The notes under the pieces: model-generated
The model's input: only the letters and a program-made list of their open reading frames with translations
The model's database searches: none
What the model was told of the DNA's origin: nothing
Virus record (IMG/VR): IMGVR_UViG_3300021962_000054
Coordinates: 1 to 64,000 of that record
Length of the DNA stretch: 64,000 bases
Reading direction: 5' to 3' (one strand)
Origin: a virus
In this document: positions 10,111 through 20,179 of the stretch, one piece after another
Layout of the letters: each line of letters begins with the position of its first letter
Position numbering within the stretch: the stretch's first letter is position 1
Translations under genes and position numbers: made by a program

Positions 10111-11229
10111 ATGAGCATGTTAGATGCTATCAAACCATTAGTTGAGAGCGGACTCATCAACGAAGATGTCTCAAACGAACTTCAAAAAGTTTGGGAATCA
10201 AAGTTGACCGAAGCCCGTGATCAAGTACGTGCAGAACTACGTGAAGAGTTTGCACAGCGTTACGAACATGATCGTAGCGTTATGGTAGAAGCCCTAGATA
10301 AGATGGTAACAGAGAGCCTCTCAACTGAAATTGCAGAATTTCATGAAGAGAAAAAAGCTCTAAACGAAGACCGCGTACAAGCAAAAGTCAAGCTACAAGA
10401 AAATGCTGCAAAATTCAATGAATTCATGGTTACTAAACTAGCCGAAGAAATTCGTGAATTGCGCAATGACCGCAAAGTACAGATGGAAAATCAACAAAAA
10501 CTTGAACAGTTCATTGTCCATGCTCTCGCAAAAGAGATCAAGGAATTTGCAACTGACAAACAAGCAGTTGTTGAAGCCCGTGTCAAATTGGTCGCAGAAG
10601 GTCGTGAGAAACTTGAAGCACTCAAGCAAAAATTTGTTGCAGAAAGTGCCAAGAGAGTCAACGCCGCTGTTACATCTCACTTGAAGGGTGAACTATCACA
10701 ACTCAAAGAAGATATCAAATCAGCCCGTGAAAACTCATTTGGACGCAAATTGTTTGAAGCATTTGCTAGCGAGTATTCAGTAACTTATCTAAATGATAAG
10801 GCTGAAGCACGCAAGTTAATGTCAGCAATCGCAGAAAAAGAGAGAGCATTAGCTGAAGCTACAGCAAAGGCTGTTGAAGCCCAAAAGCTAGTAGAATCAA
10901 AGGATCGTGAAGTCCGCATCATCAAAGAATCAACTCAGCGTGAAAAGGAGATGGAAAAACTTCTATCACCTCTAAACAAAGAGAAGGCTGAAGTGATGAA
11001 GGCTTTACTAGAAAGCGTACAGACACCAAAATTGAAGTCCGCTTTCGACAAATATTTACCAGCAGTTCTAAACACTGGAAGTGAAAAAGCAGGCGCTAAA
11101 ACTGCCCTAACTGAAAGTGTTGTCAAAGAAATTACTGGTGATAAAGAAACTGCCAAAAAAGAAGTTGAGCAAGATCCAGAAGCAAAAAACAATGTGATCG
11201 ATCTCAAGCGCCTGGCAGGGCTTAAGTAA
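10111..11229 (+). CDS. gp22: Prohead scaffold protein
   Basis: Long coiled-coil protein between protease and major capsid gene. Confidence 0.8.
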   Translation: MSMLDAIKPLVESGLINEDVSNELQKVWESKLTEARDQVRAELREEFAQRYEHDRSVMVEALDKMVTESLSTEIAEFHEEKKALNEDRVQAKVKLQENAAKFNEFMVTKLAEEIRELRNDRKVQMENQQKLEQFIVHALAKEIKEFATDKQAVVEARVKLVAEGREKLEALKQKFVAESAKRVNAAVTSHLKGELSQLKEDIKSARENSFGRKLFEAFASEYSVTYLNDKAEARKLMSAIAEKERALAEATAKAVEAQKLVESKDREVRIIKESTQREKEMEKLLSPLNKEKAEVMKALLESVQTPKLKSAFDKYLPAVLNTGSEKAGAKTALTESVVKEITGDKETAKKEVEQDPEAKNNVIDLKRLAGLK

Positions 11230-11253
11230 GACATAAATTAGGAGATAATGAAA

Positions 11254-12450
11254 ATGTCAAAAGTACTCTTAGAAAGCCGTTGGGACGAGACCAAGGAAGC
11301 CCTACTAGAAGGCTTGAAGGGAACTCGTCGTTCAACGATGGGTGTTGTTTTAGAAAACACTCGCAAATCATTGTTGTCAGAAAGCACAGCTGGTACAACT
11401 ACTGCAGGTAATATCGCAACTCTAAACCGCGTTATTCTTCCAGTAATCCGTCGTGTTATGCCAACAGTTATTGCTAACGAACTAGTCGGCGTTCAGCCAA
11501 TGACTGGTCCAGTTGGTCAGATCCACACATTGCGTGTACGTTATGCTCAGTCATTGACTGACAACTCAGCAGCCGCAACAAGCGTAACTGCTGGTGAAGA
11601 AGCATTGAGCCCATTCAAAATTGCTCAAGCATATTCACGTTCACCATCAAGTGCAACATCATCAAATTACTACACTGGTAATGATACTGCTGCATTAGAA
11701 GGTAACGGTGGTAAGCAAATCAGCGTACAAATCTTACGTCAGGCTGTTGAAGCCAAATCACGTAAGTTGCAAGCACGTTGGACATTTGAAGCTGCACAAG
11801 ACGCACAGTCACAACACGGTATCGACGTTGAAGCAGAAATCATGGCTGCACTAGCCCAAGAAATCACTGCTGAAATCGATCAGGAAATCTTGTTGTCATT
11901 GCGCACTCTAGCTTCAACTGAGTTCACATACAACCAAGCAACAGTATCAGGTACTGCAACATACGTTGGTGACGAACACGCTGCATTAGCTGTTCTAATC
12001 AACCGCGTAGCAAACTTGATTGCACAGCGCACACGTCGCGGTGCAGGTAACTGGGCAGTTGTATCACCAGCATCATTGACTGTTCTACAGTCAGCAACAA
12101 CTTCAGCATTCGCAAGAACAACTGAAGGCACATTCGAAGCACCAACTAACACTAAGTTCGTTGGCACATTGAACGGTGCAATGCGCGTATTCGTTGACTC
12201 ATATGCTCCAGATACTCAGCCAGTATTGGTTGGTTATAAGGGTTCAAGTGAGACAGACGCAGCAGCATTCTACTGCCCATACATCCCATTGATGAGCAGT
12301 GGCGTTGTTCTAGATCCATCAACATTCGAACCAGTCGTGTCATTCATGACACGTTATGGTTACATCGAATTAACTAACACTGCAAGCAGCTTCGGCAACG
12401 CAGCAGACTACGTTGGTGAGATCGCTGTACAGAATTTGACTTTCCAATAA
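11254..12450 (+). CDS. gp23: Major capsid protein
   Basis: VGVQPMTGPVGQI, SRKLQARWTFEAAQD, EITAEID, FYCPYIPL, TRYG; alternative start at 11248. Confidence 0.97.
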   Translation: MSKVLLESRWDETKEALLEGLKGTRRSTMGVVLENTRKSLLSESTAGTTTAGNIATLNRVILPVIRRVMPTVIANELVGVQPMTGPVGQIHTLRVRYAQSLTDNSAAATSVTAGEEALSPFKIAQAYSRSPSSATSSNYYTGNDTAALEGNGGKQISVQILRQAVEAKSRKLQARWTFEAAQDAQSQHGIDVEAEIMAALAQEITAEIDQEILLSLRTLASTEFTYNQATVSGTATYVGDEHAALAVLINRVANLIAQRTRRGAGNWAVVSPASLTVLQSATTSAFARTTEGTFEAPTNTKFVGTLNGAMRVFVDSYAPDTQPVLVGYKGSSETDAAAFYCPYIPLMSSGVVLDPSTFEPVVSFMTRYGYIELTNTASSFGNAADYVGEIAVQNLTFQ

Positions 12451-12470
12451 TAGTTGGATCGATCAGTTCA

Positions 12471-12502
12471 AAAGATTGGGCGCCTTGTGCGCCCTTTCTT
12501 TT
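12471..12502 (+). terminator. Intrinsic terminator after the major capsid gene
   Basis: gggcgc-cttgt-gcgccc followed by tttctttt. Confidence 0.8.
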
Positions 12503-12869
12503 ATGCGATGCGGATATCAGCATCCACTGTCATGTTCATGACAGATTTTTTACCCTTGCGCAATCGTTTTTTATAAAGACTGCTACAGTTTTTACAGCAT
12601 GTTTTCAAATTAGCAGGTTTTTTATTCTTTTTATTACCGTCTTTATAGACAATCTCTAGTTGACATTTATCGATTGCTTTGAAACCACAAAAGTCACATT
12701 TGTCACCCTTATGTTGTAGATGTTTGTAGTCGTCATTGTACATCATCTTGCTACAATCTATACAATACTTGTGCCATTTTTTATAACCTAACTTACTAAT
12801 ACCGTTTGGTTTTGCTGGTACTAATCCACAATGACTGCATACAGGACGTGATTTTTGTTTAGTTAGCAT
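12501..12869 (-). CDS. Zn-finger protein with degenerate HNH-like C-terminal domain
   Basis: Four CxxC pairs; CQLEIVYKDGNKKN...NLKTCCKNC resembles HNH LDVDHIDG..N...NL..LC.NCH without the His residues. Confidence 0.55.
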   Translation of the reverse strand: MLTKQKSRPVCSHCGLVPAKPNGISKLGYKKWHKYCIDCSKMMYNDDYKHLQHKGDKCDFCGFKAIDKCQLEIVYKDGNKKNKKPANLKTCCKNCSSLYKKRLRKGKKSVMNMTVDADIRIA

Positions 12870-12963
12870 GATAATATTTAGAAAAAAGTTCTAATCGGGT
12901 CTTTTTTTCATGGTATAGAAAAATATAATTTGATAAATATTATAATAGAGGACCTGTGTAATA

Positions 12964-15900
12964 ATGTCGAGTTCAGAACCGTTTAATACGTTAGGTGGCT
13001 ACTCAGTAGGTATCCCACCGGAACTAGTTATAGATGCAAATGGTAACGTTGTCAATAATGTCAACGCACCTAGTTCCAACGTCACCGCTAATCGTGTATT
13101 TGCTAATGCATATCTATATGCTAACGGTCAACCTCTTAGTATCGGTGCGTCAGGTTCCAACACACAAGTCCAATATAATAACAACGGATTGTTAGGTGCA
13201 AGTTCAGCATTCACGTTCAATAGTGCTACTAACTTGCTTACAGTCACTAAACTTCAAGTAGGAAGCAATGCAAATCTAGGAAACGTAGCAAACGTAGTCA
13301 TCTTAGGTGGTACTAACGGATACTTCTTACAGACAGACGGTGCAGGTAATCTAACATGGGCACCTGCAGGTAATGGTGGAAATGCAGGTAACGGCACACC
13401 AGGTGGTGCAAATACACAAGTACAGTTCAACGATGTAGGTGATTTCGGCGGAGATGCAGGATTCACATATAATAAAGTCACCAACGTATTGACCGTCACT
13501 GAGATATCAACAGGCAACGTATCTGCTGATGATCTATCAGTCAATGATATTTCTGCTAACAATATCACAGCAAACTTTTTTATAGGTGACGGTAGTAACA
13601 TCACCGATGTCGCAGCCGATACAGCATTAGTTGCATATAGTGTTGACGGTAGTAATGTTGTAGGTGAAGTAGATTTTGCTGCTGTTGCTAATAGCGTAGC
13701 AGGAGCAAATGTAACAGGTCAAGTCAGTTTTGCTAACGTAGCAAATAACGTAGCAGGCGCAAATGTTTCAGGTCAAGTTGCTAACGCATTAGTAGCAGGA
13801 ACAGTTTATAACTCAACACAGGCCAACATCACAAGTGTTGGCAACTTGACTTCACTAACTGTTATTGGCAATACTACATTAGGTAATCAAGCAGTAGCCA
13901 ACTATTTTATTGGCAATTTATTTGGTACAGCCAATCTAGCACGTAACGTTACATTAGCAAGTCAACCAAACATCACTAGCGTTGGTACACTAACATCATT
14001 GACTGTTAGCGGTAACACAACTTTAGGTAATAGTGTAACAGCAAATTATTTTGTAGGTAATCTTTATGGTGTTGCCAACAGTGCTGTTATTGCCAACACA
14101 GCAAATATTGCTACATTAGCAAACACAGCAACATTAGCAAACGCAGCCAACATTGCAGGAACAGTAACAGTCAATGCACAACCAAATATTACTTCAGTAG
14201 GTACACTATCATCATTGAACGTAAGTGGTAATGTTACTGCTGCTAATTTTGTAGGTAACTTTGTAGGTGATATTAGCAACGCTAACTATGCAAATTTTGC
14301 AGGAGCTGTAGTAAATTCAGCGCAACCAAATATCACAAGTGTAGGCACATTGACTTCATTGAATGTTTCTGGTATTGTCACAGCAAATTCATTTATTGGT
14401 GGAATACGCACAAACAGTCAACCTAACATTACTAGCGTAGGTACGTTGACAGGACTTGCAGTAAACGGAACAGCAAATTTAGGTAATGTCGCTAACGTAA
14501 AAATCACAGGTGGCACAAATGGTTATGTGTTATCAACTGATGGCACAGGTAATCTAAGTTGGACTGCTCAAAGTAATGGTGGTGGTAATGCTATACCAGG
14601 CGGTAGCAACACACAAGTTCAGTTCAACTCAAACGGTAGTTTTGCAGGTACACCTAATTTCACTTGGAATGATACAACAAGTGTATTGACAGTTTCTGGT
14701 AACTTAGCTGTAGCAAATAATATCACATCTAGCAATATAAGTGCAAATAGACTAACTTCTAACACTATAACAAATTCAGGTAACATAACAGCAGGAAATA
14801 TAAATGCTGGAAATTTATTGACGGCTAATTTTATAGCAGGCACATTGACTACAAATGCACAAGCCAATATCAATTATTTGGGTAATGTTGGATGGCTCAA
14901 TGTAGATACAAGTATACCTAATGCTAACGGAAACATTACTTTCAACGGTAGTATGAGCGGCATAGGGCCAGGCAGTAATATAGTCATAACAGGAAACCTC
15001 AATGCCGGTAATTATATAGAAGCTAATTTGCTTATAGGAACCCTCACATCTTCATCGCAGCCAAATATAACAAGTTTAGGCAACTTGACATCATTGACAG
15101 TAGTAGGAGAAAGTGATTTAGGAAATGTTTCTAACATTACTATCGCTGGCGGAAATGCAAATTATGTCCTCAGTACTGACGGCGCAGGAAATCTAAGCTG
15201 GGTACCACAAACCGGCGGCAACGGCGGAACACCTGCTGGAAGTAATACTCAACTTCAATTCAACGACAATGGATCGTTTGGCGGTGACACTGATCTAACT
15301 TGGAACAAAGCCACTAATTTCATGTATGTTGGTGGTAATGCTACAGTGACAGGAACCATGAATGTCAATACTACATTGAATGTAGTAAACTTGGTAAACT
15401 CGGGCACAGCAAATCTAAACGGAACTGTCAATTTAGCCAATACTACATTATTAGCAACTAAGACATTATCTGTAGCGGGCAATCTAAACACTGCAGGTTC
15501 CCCAAATATAAATCTAGGCAACATATCAAATATTCATATCAGCGGCGGTGTGAATGGATATGTACTAAGCACAGACGGTCTTGGTAACTTAAGTTGGAAG
15601 AATGCAGGTGGCAGCAACGGCGGTGGTACACCGGGAGGTAGTAACACACAGATACAGTACAACAATCAAGGTACTTTTGCTGGTAGTCCTTATTTGACAT
15701 TCAACGATGTTACAAATGAAGTCAATGTAGCGGGAAATCTGATCGCGAACTCATTCCAAATGGGTTCGGGCGTCTATGAATTCAGCAAGGCAAACGTATA
15801 TTTTGCTACAACAAATAGCACTAGTTCTCAAGTTTTATTGTCTATTGAAGCAGATGATCTTGCAGCATTAGATTTGACTATAATTAGCGATGACGCATCA

Positions 15901-16119
15901 ATTAGAAACTTTATAAAAATTTCAGCGGTAGTAAAAGGAAGCGTAGTCAACTATGTTGAACACAGCACACTACCGGTAAACGGATATACTGGAGATTTTG
16001 CTGTTGAATATAATGCAGGAAACATTATAGTTCCAGCAACAGTTCAGTTAGTCATGACACCTCAGAGCGCAAATTTGATGACTCACAGGATGCAAGTGAC
16101 AACGTATTATGTATATTGA
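12964..16119 (+). CDS. Virion fibre/structural protein 1 (Asn/Gly/Thr-rich repeats)
   Basis: QPNITSVGTL and PGGSNTQVQFN repeats; late promoter gataaata at 12932. Confidence 0.75.
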   Translation: MSSSEPFNTLGGYSVGIPPELVIDANGNVVNNVNAPSSNVTANRVFANAYLYANGQPLSIGASGSNTQVQYNNNGLLGASSAFTFNSATNLLTVTKLQVGSNANLGNVANVVILGGTNGYFLQTDGAGNLTWAPAGNGGNAGNGTPGGANTQVQFNDVGDFGGDAGFTYNKVTNVLTVTEISTGNVSADDLSVNDISANNITANFFIGDGSNITDVAADTALVAYSVDGSNVVGEVDFAAVANSVAGANVTGQVSFANVANNVAGANVSGQVANALVAGTVYNSTQANITSVGNLTSLTVIGNTTLGNQAVANYFIGNLFGTANLARNVTLASQPNITSVGTLTSLTVSGNTTLGNSVTANYFVGNLYGVANSAVIANTANIATLANTATLANAANIAGTVTVNAQPNITSVGTLSSLNVSGNVTAANFVGNFVGDISNANYANFAGAVVNSAQPNITSVGTLTSLNVSGIVTANSFIGGIRTNSQPNITSVGTLTGLAVNGTANLGNVANVKITGGTNGYVLSTDGTGNLSWTAQSNGGGNAIPGGSNTQVQFNSNGSFAGTPNFTWNDTTSVLTVSGNLAVANNITSSNISANRLTSNTITNSGNITAGNINAGNLLTANFIAGTLTTNAQANINYLGNVGWLNVDTSIPNANGNITFNGSMSGIGPGSNIVITGNLNAGNYIEANLLIGTLTSSSQPNITSLGNLTSLTVVGESDLGNVSNITIAGGNANYVLSTDGAGNLSWVPQTGGNGGTPAGSNTQLQFNDNGSFGGDTDLTWNKATNFMYVGGNATVTGTMNVNTTLNVVNLVNSGTANLNGTVNLANTTLLATKTLSVAGNLNTAGSPNINLGNISNIHISGGVNGYVLSTDGLGNLSWKNAGGSNGGGTPGGSNTQIQYNNQGTFAGSPYLTFNDVTNEVNVAGNLIANSFQMGSGVYEFSKANVYFATTNSTSSQVLLSIEADDLAALDLTIISDDASIRNFIKISAVVKGSVVNYVEHSTLPVNGYTGDFAVEYNAGNIIVPATVQLVMTPQSANLMTHRMQVTTYYVY

Positions 16120-16148
16120 GATAAATACTTTATTGGAGATTAGCAATT

Positions 16149-19100
16149 ATGGCACTTAAACCACTCAATTCCGTAGGCGGCTTCTCAGTTGGAGAAGTCC
16201 CTGCAAACGTGATTCTTGCAAACGCAGACATCACAGCAAACAAAGGTACATTCACAGGAAACCTTGCAGTTTCAAATTCAAATCCTGCATATGGTATCTT
16301 GACTGATAACTTGTATTACGCAAACGGCGTACCTTGGGACTTGCAAGAAGCAGCAGGTTCTAATACTCAAGTTCAGTTTAATAACAATAATGATTTTGGT
16401 GCAAGTGCAAATTTCACGTTTGACAGTTCGACAAATATTCTTGCTGTTACTGGTAACATCAATGCTACAAATGCTAATATTGGTTCAGGTAACATCGATC
16501 TCTATGCTAATGGTGAGATTAACACAACAGGGTTGATCACAACAAGTGCCAATGTTGATGCCAACAATGTTAACATAACAAATGAGCTTGATGGTAACAC
16601 CGCTAATTTCTCCGGTAATGTCACAGCAGCATATTTCATAGGTAACATTGAAGGTAACCTAACAATCACTGCTCCAAACACTAGCATCATCTATAGTGCT
16701 AACGGTGCAGCAGTAGGTAGCAACGCATTTACTTGGGATTATTCAAGCAATGTATTGACTGTTGATGGTACAGCAAATATCACAGGTAATACTGAAGTCG
16801 GTGCTATCTTAACTGACAACTATTACTACGCTAACGGCGCCCCAGTTGACTTCCAGCAACCTGCAGGCGGCAACACAGAAATTCAATTCAACGATAATGA
16901 TGATTTTGGTGCTAGTGCCAATTTTACTTTTGATAGCGGCACAAATACACTAACAGTAGCAGGTAATGCTAACATCACAACTGTCAACACAAGCAATGTT
17001 GTTGGCGGCGGTACTGATGTCACAATCAATGCTAACGGTTATGTTTCATCATTCTATGGTGCGAACGGACTAGTTGATCTACCAGGCGCACTAACTGCTA
17101 ACGGTAACTTGACAGTAGAAAATGCTGATCTAGGTAACTTAGCAATAGCGAACTTCATTGACATTTCATCAAATGCTCAAATCAACAATCTAACTGTAAA
17201 TCTTGAACTTGCTGGCAACACAGCAAACTTCAGCAGTAATGTTGTTGTCAATAATTTTGAAGTAAATCTTGAATTAGTCGCTAATACAGCAAACTTTAGT
17301 GGTAATGTTATACTACCTAACTTGACAGTAAACAATGAGATTGCTGGCAACACAGCAAACTTCAGTGGTAATGTCATATTACCAAATCTAACAATCAACT
17401 TAGAGTTAGCAGGTAACACAGCAAACTTTACTGGTAACATCACATCACTAAATGCTGATTTAGGTAACTTAGCAGTAGCCAATTATGTAAATGTTGCACA
17501 ACAAGTAAACGGTAATATCGCTAACTTTAGTGGCAACTTATATTCATTGAATGCTGATCTAGGCAATCTAGCATTAGCAAATTATGTAAACGTTGCTAAT
17601 GATCTAAACGTTATTGGTAATGTCAATGCAGGTAACTTAGTAGGTCCTCTTGCTAACGGTACAAGCAACGTCAGAATATTCCAAGATGCTAACGTTGAGA
17701 TCAGCGTAGCAGGCAATGCTAACGTAGCAACAATTACAGGAACAGGTTTCTTAGTAGCAGGTAACATCCAAGCAACTACAGGAAGCATGTTAGCAAATGG
17801 TAACGTCACTGCTAACGGTTTCTTAGTTGGTGCAAATGCTGTTGTAACTGGCGAAGCAAATGTTGGCAGTTTAGTAACTGCTAATATTACAGCAACTTCA
17901 GGTGATATCGCAATCAACGCAGCAGGTGCTGATGGTAGTATTGATCTTGTACCAACAGGTAATGGTACAGTTAGTGTAAGTGGTTTCAGAATCACTGAAC
18001 TAGCAGATCCAGTAAACCCAACTGATGCAACAACAAAAGAATATGTTGACGCATTAGCAGGTGAAGGTCTAGACATCCACAGCCCAGTTCGTGTTGAATC
18101 AGAATCAGCACTAAACGCAACTTATGCTCAAGGCGGTACAACACCAACTGTAACAGACATTCAGAATGGTACTGATATCGTATTCAGTGCAAGTCACGGT
18201 CTAAGTGCTAACGACGGTATCGTATTTGATAACTCATTCAATGGCTTGACAGCAGGTGAAGGTTACTGGGTATATAGCGTAGTCAACGCAACTACTATCA
18301 CAGTCAAAGATGGTTATTTCGGTGCGCAAGTCACAGGATTGACTAACGGCACTGGCTTGTCACAAAGTTCAAGAGCAAATCCAGGTGTTGGTGCAACATT
18401 GACAAATGCTGGCGCAAATGCTGCATTGTCAATCGATGGCATATCACTATCAACAAGTGATCGTGTTCTTGTTTACACACAATCAAATGCTTATGAAAAC
18501 GGTATCTATGAAGTAACAACAGTAGGTGACGGTTCAACAGCATGGGTATTGACACGTACAACTGACGCAGACAAGTATATCCCTGCTTCATCATCTGGAT
18601 TAGGTAAAGGATCATATGTATTCGTACAACAAGGTCTAACAGGTGCAGGTGAAAGTTATGTGATGACTGCTCCAAGTGGCGAAGTCATTATCGGTACAAC
18701 TAATATTACTTGGACACAGTTCAGCGCAGCAGGTGCATATACAGCAGGTAATGGTATTGCTATCAGTGGCACTACTATCAGCGCAAATACTGATGGTGTG
18801 ACAACTGCTATCGTAAGTGGTAACATCGTTGTCAAAGCAAGCGCAAATCTAACAACACCAAATATAGGTGATGCGACATTCAGCAGCTTGACTTGGAACA
18901 CACTAAGCAACGGCAACGTCAGTGCTAACAACTTGAGTATCAGCAGCATTGCTAATATCACACTGGATCTAACAGTCGGTGGTAATATTCAAGCAAACGG
19001 TACTATTAGTTCAAATGCTAACGTAAGTGGCTTGAATCTAACTACAAGCGGCAATGTTCAAGCAAGTGGTAACGTACTAGCAAACAATGTCAATGCAAAT

Positions 19101-20159
19101 ACATTGATCACTGTTCCAACTGCTAACGTTTCAAATATTGTCAATGCAGGTAATGTTGACATCACTAACGAGTTGTCAGGTAACACTGCAAACTTTGCAG
19201 GCAACGTCATACTAAACAACTTGACTGTAAACTTAGAACTTGCTGGTAACACAGCAAACTTCAGCAGCAACGTTGTAGTCAATAATTTGACAACTAACCT
19301 AGAACTTGCTGGTAACACAGCAAACTTTAGTGGTAACGTCATACTACCTAACTTGACTGTAAACTTAGAGTTAGCAGGCAATACAGCAAACTTTACTGGT
19401 AATGTTGTAGCAGCAAACTTTGAAACAGCAGGTGAAGCAAACGTTGGTAATCTAAACGTCACAGCAAATGTTGTAAGCGATCTACTACCAAACGCTAACT
19501 TGACACTAAACTTAGGTGACACAAGTCAGCGTTGGGCAGATATCTATGCAGGTAATGTAGATGCTTCAGGTGCTATTGATGCAGTAGGCAATATCACTGG
19601 TGGAAATATTGTAACAGCAGGTGAAGCAAATGTTGCTGACTTGAACGTTACAGCAAACGTAGTAAGCGATCTATTACCAAATGCTAACTTGACATTAGAT
19701 TTAGGTGATACAGGTCAACGTTGGGCAACAGTATATGCAGGTGATTTGAATGCTTCGGGCAATCTAACAGTTGCTAATATCGATGCAAATAATTTCACTT
19801 CAAATACAATTACAGCAAATACATCTGTAAACGTAGGCAACACAGTAATTGAATGGGGCACAGTAACAACTACAAGTATTACTGCTAACCAAACAATTGC
19901 TCAAGCACCATATAGTGGTGTGACTGGTGTTGACTTTATCGTAAAAGGTGAAGATAGCACCGGGGCCAAATATAGTATGGCACATGTTACTGCGGTAACA
20001 GATGGCTCAAATGTTGATTATACTACATACGGCACTGTATATCTAGGTGGAACAACAGGTTCACTAAGTGTTGCAGTAGTTGGTAGTAACGTAGAATTGA
20101 GAGTGACACCAAGTAGTTCAAACAGTACAGTATGGACTACTCAGTATAGATTAGTATAA
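16149..20159 (+). CDS. Virion fibre/structural protein 2
   Basis: LELAGNTANFSGNV repeats; DATTKEYVD...NGIY...TR..DAD module; SD ggag. Confidence 0.75.
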   Translation: MALKPLNSVGGFSVGEVPANVILANADITANKGTFTGNLAVSNSNPAYGILTDNLYYANGVPWDLQEAAGSNTQVQFNNNNDFGASANFTFDSSTNILAVTGNINATNANIGSGNIDLYANGEINTTGLITTSANVDANNVNITNELDGNTANFSGNVTAAYFIGNIEGNLTITAPNTSIIYSANGAAVGSNAFTWDYSSNVLTVDGTANITGNTEVGAILTDNYYYANGAPVDFQQPAGGNTEIQFNDNDDFGASANFTFDSGTNTLTVAGNANITTVNTSNVVGGGTDVTINANGYVSSFYGANGLVDLPGALTANGNLTVENADLGNLAIANFIDISSNAQINNLTVNLELAGNTANFSSNVVVNNFEVNLELVANTANFSGNVILPNLTVNNEIAGNTANFSGNVILPNLTINLELAGNTANFTGNITSLNADLGNLAVANYVNVAQQVNGNIANFSGNLYSLNADLGNLALANYVNVANDLNVIGNVNAGNLVGPLANGTSNVRIFQDANVEISVAGNANVATITGTGFLVAGNIQATTGSMLANGNVTANGFLVGANAVVTGEANVGSLVTANITATSGDIAINAAGADGSIDLVPTGNGTVSVSGFRITELADPVNPTDATTKEYVDALAGEGLDIHSPVRVESESALNATYAQGGTTPTVTDIQNGTDIVFSASHGLSANDGIVFDNSFNGLTAGEGYWVYSVVNATTITVKDGYFGAQVTGLTNGTGLSQSSRANPGVGATLTNAGANAALSIDGISLSTSDRVLVYTQSNAYENGIYEVTTVGDGSTAWVLTRTTDADKYIPASSSGLGKGSYVFVQQGLTGAGESYVMTAPSGEVIIGTTNITWTQFSAAGAYTAGNGIAISGTTISANTDGVTTAIVSGNIVVKASANLTTPNIGDATFSSLTWNTLSNGNVSANNLSISSIANITLDLTVGGNIQANGTISSNANVSGLNLTTSGNVQASGNVLANNVNANTLITVPTANVSNIVNAGNVDITNELSGNTANFAGNVILNNLTVNLELAGNTANFSSNVVVNNLTTNLELAGNTANFSGNVILPNLTVNLELAGNTANFTGNVVAANFETAGEANVGNLNVTANVVSDLLPNANLTLNLGDTSQRWADIYAGNVDASGAIDAVGNITGGNIVTAGEANVADLNVTANVVSDLLPNANLTLDLGDTGQRWATVYAGDLNASGNLTVANIDANNFTSNTITANTSVNVGNTVIEWGTVTTTSITANQTIAQAPYSGVTGVDFIVKGEDSTGAKYSMAHVTAVTDGSNVDYTTYGTVYLGGTTGSLSVAVVGSNVELRVTPSSSNSTVWTTQYRLV

Positions 20160-20179
20160 AAAAAATAGGGGCCTAAACA

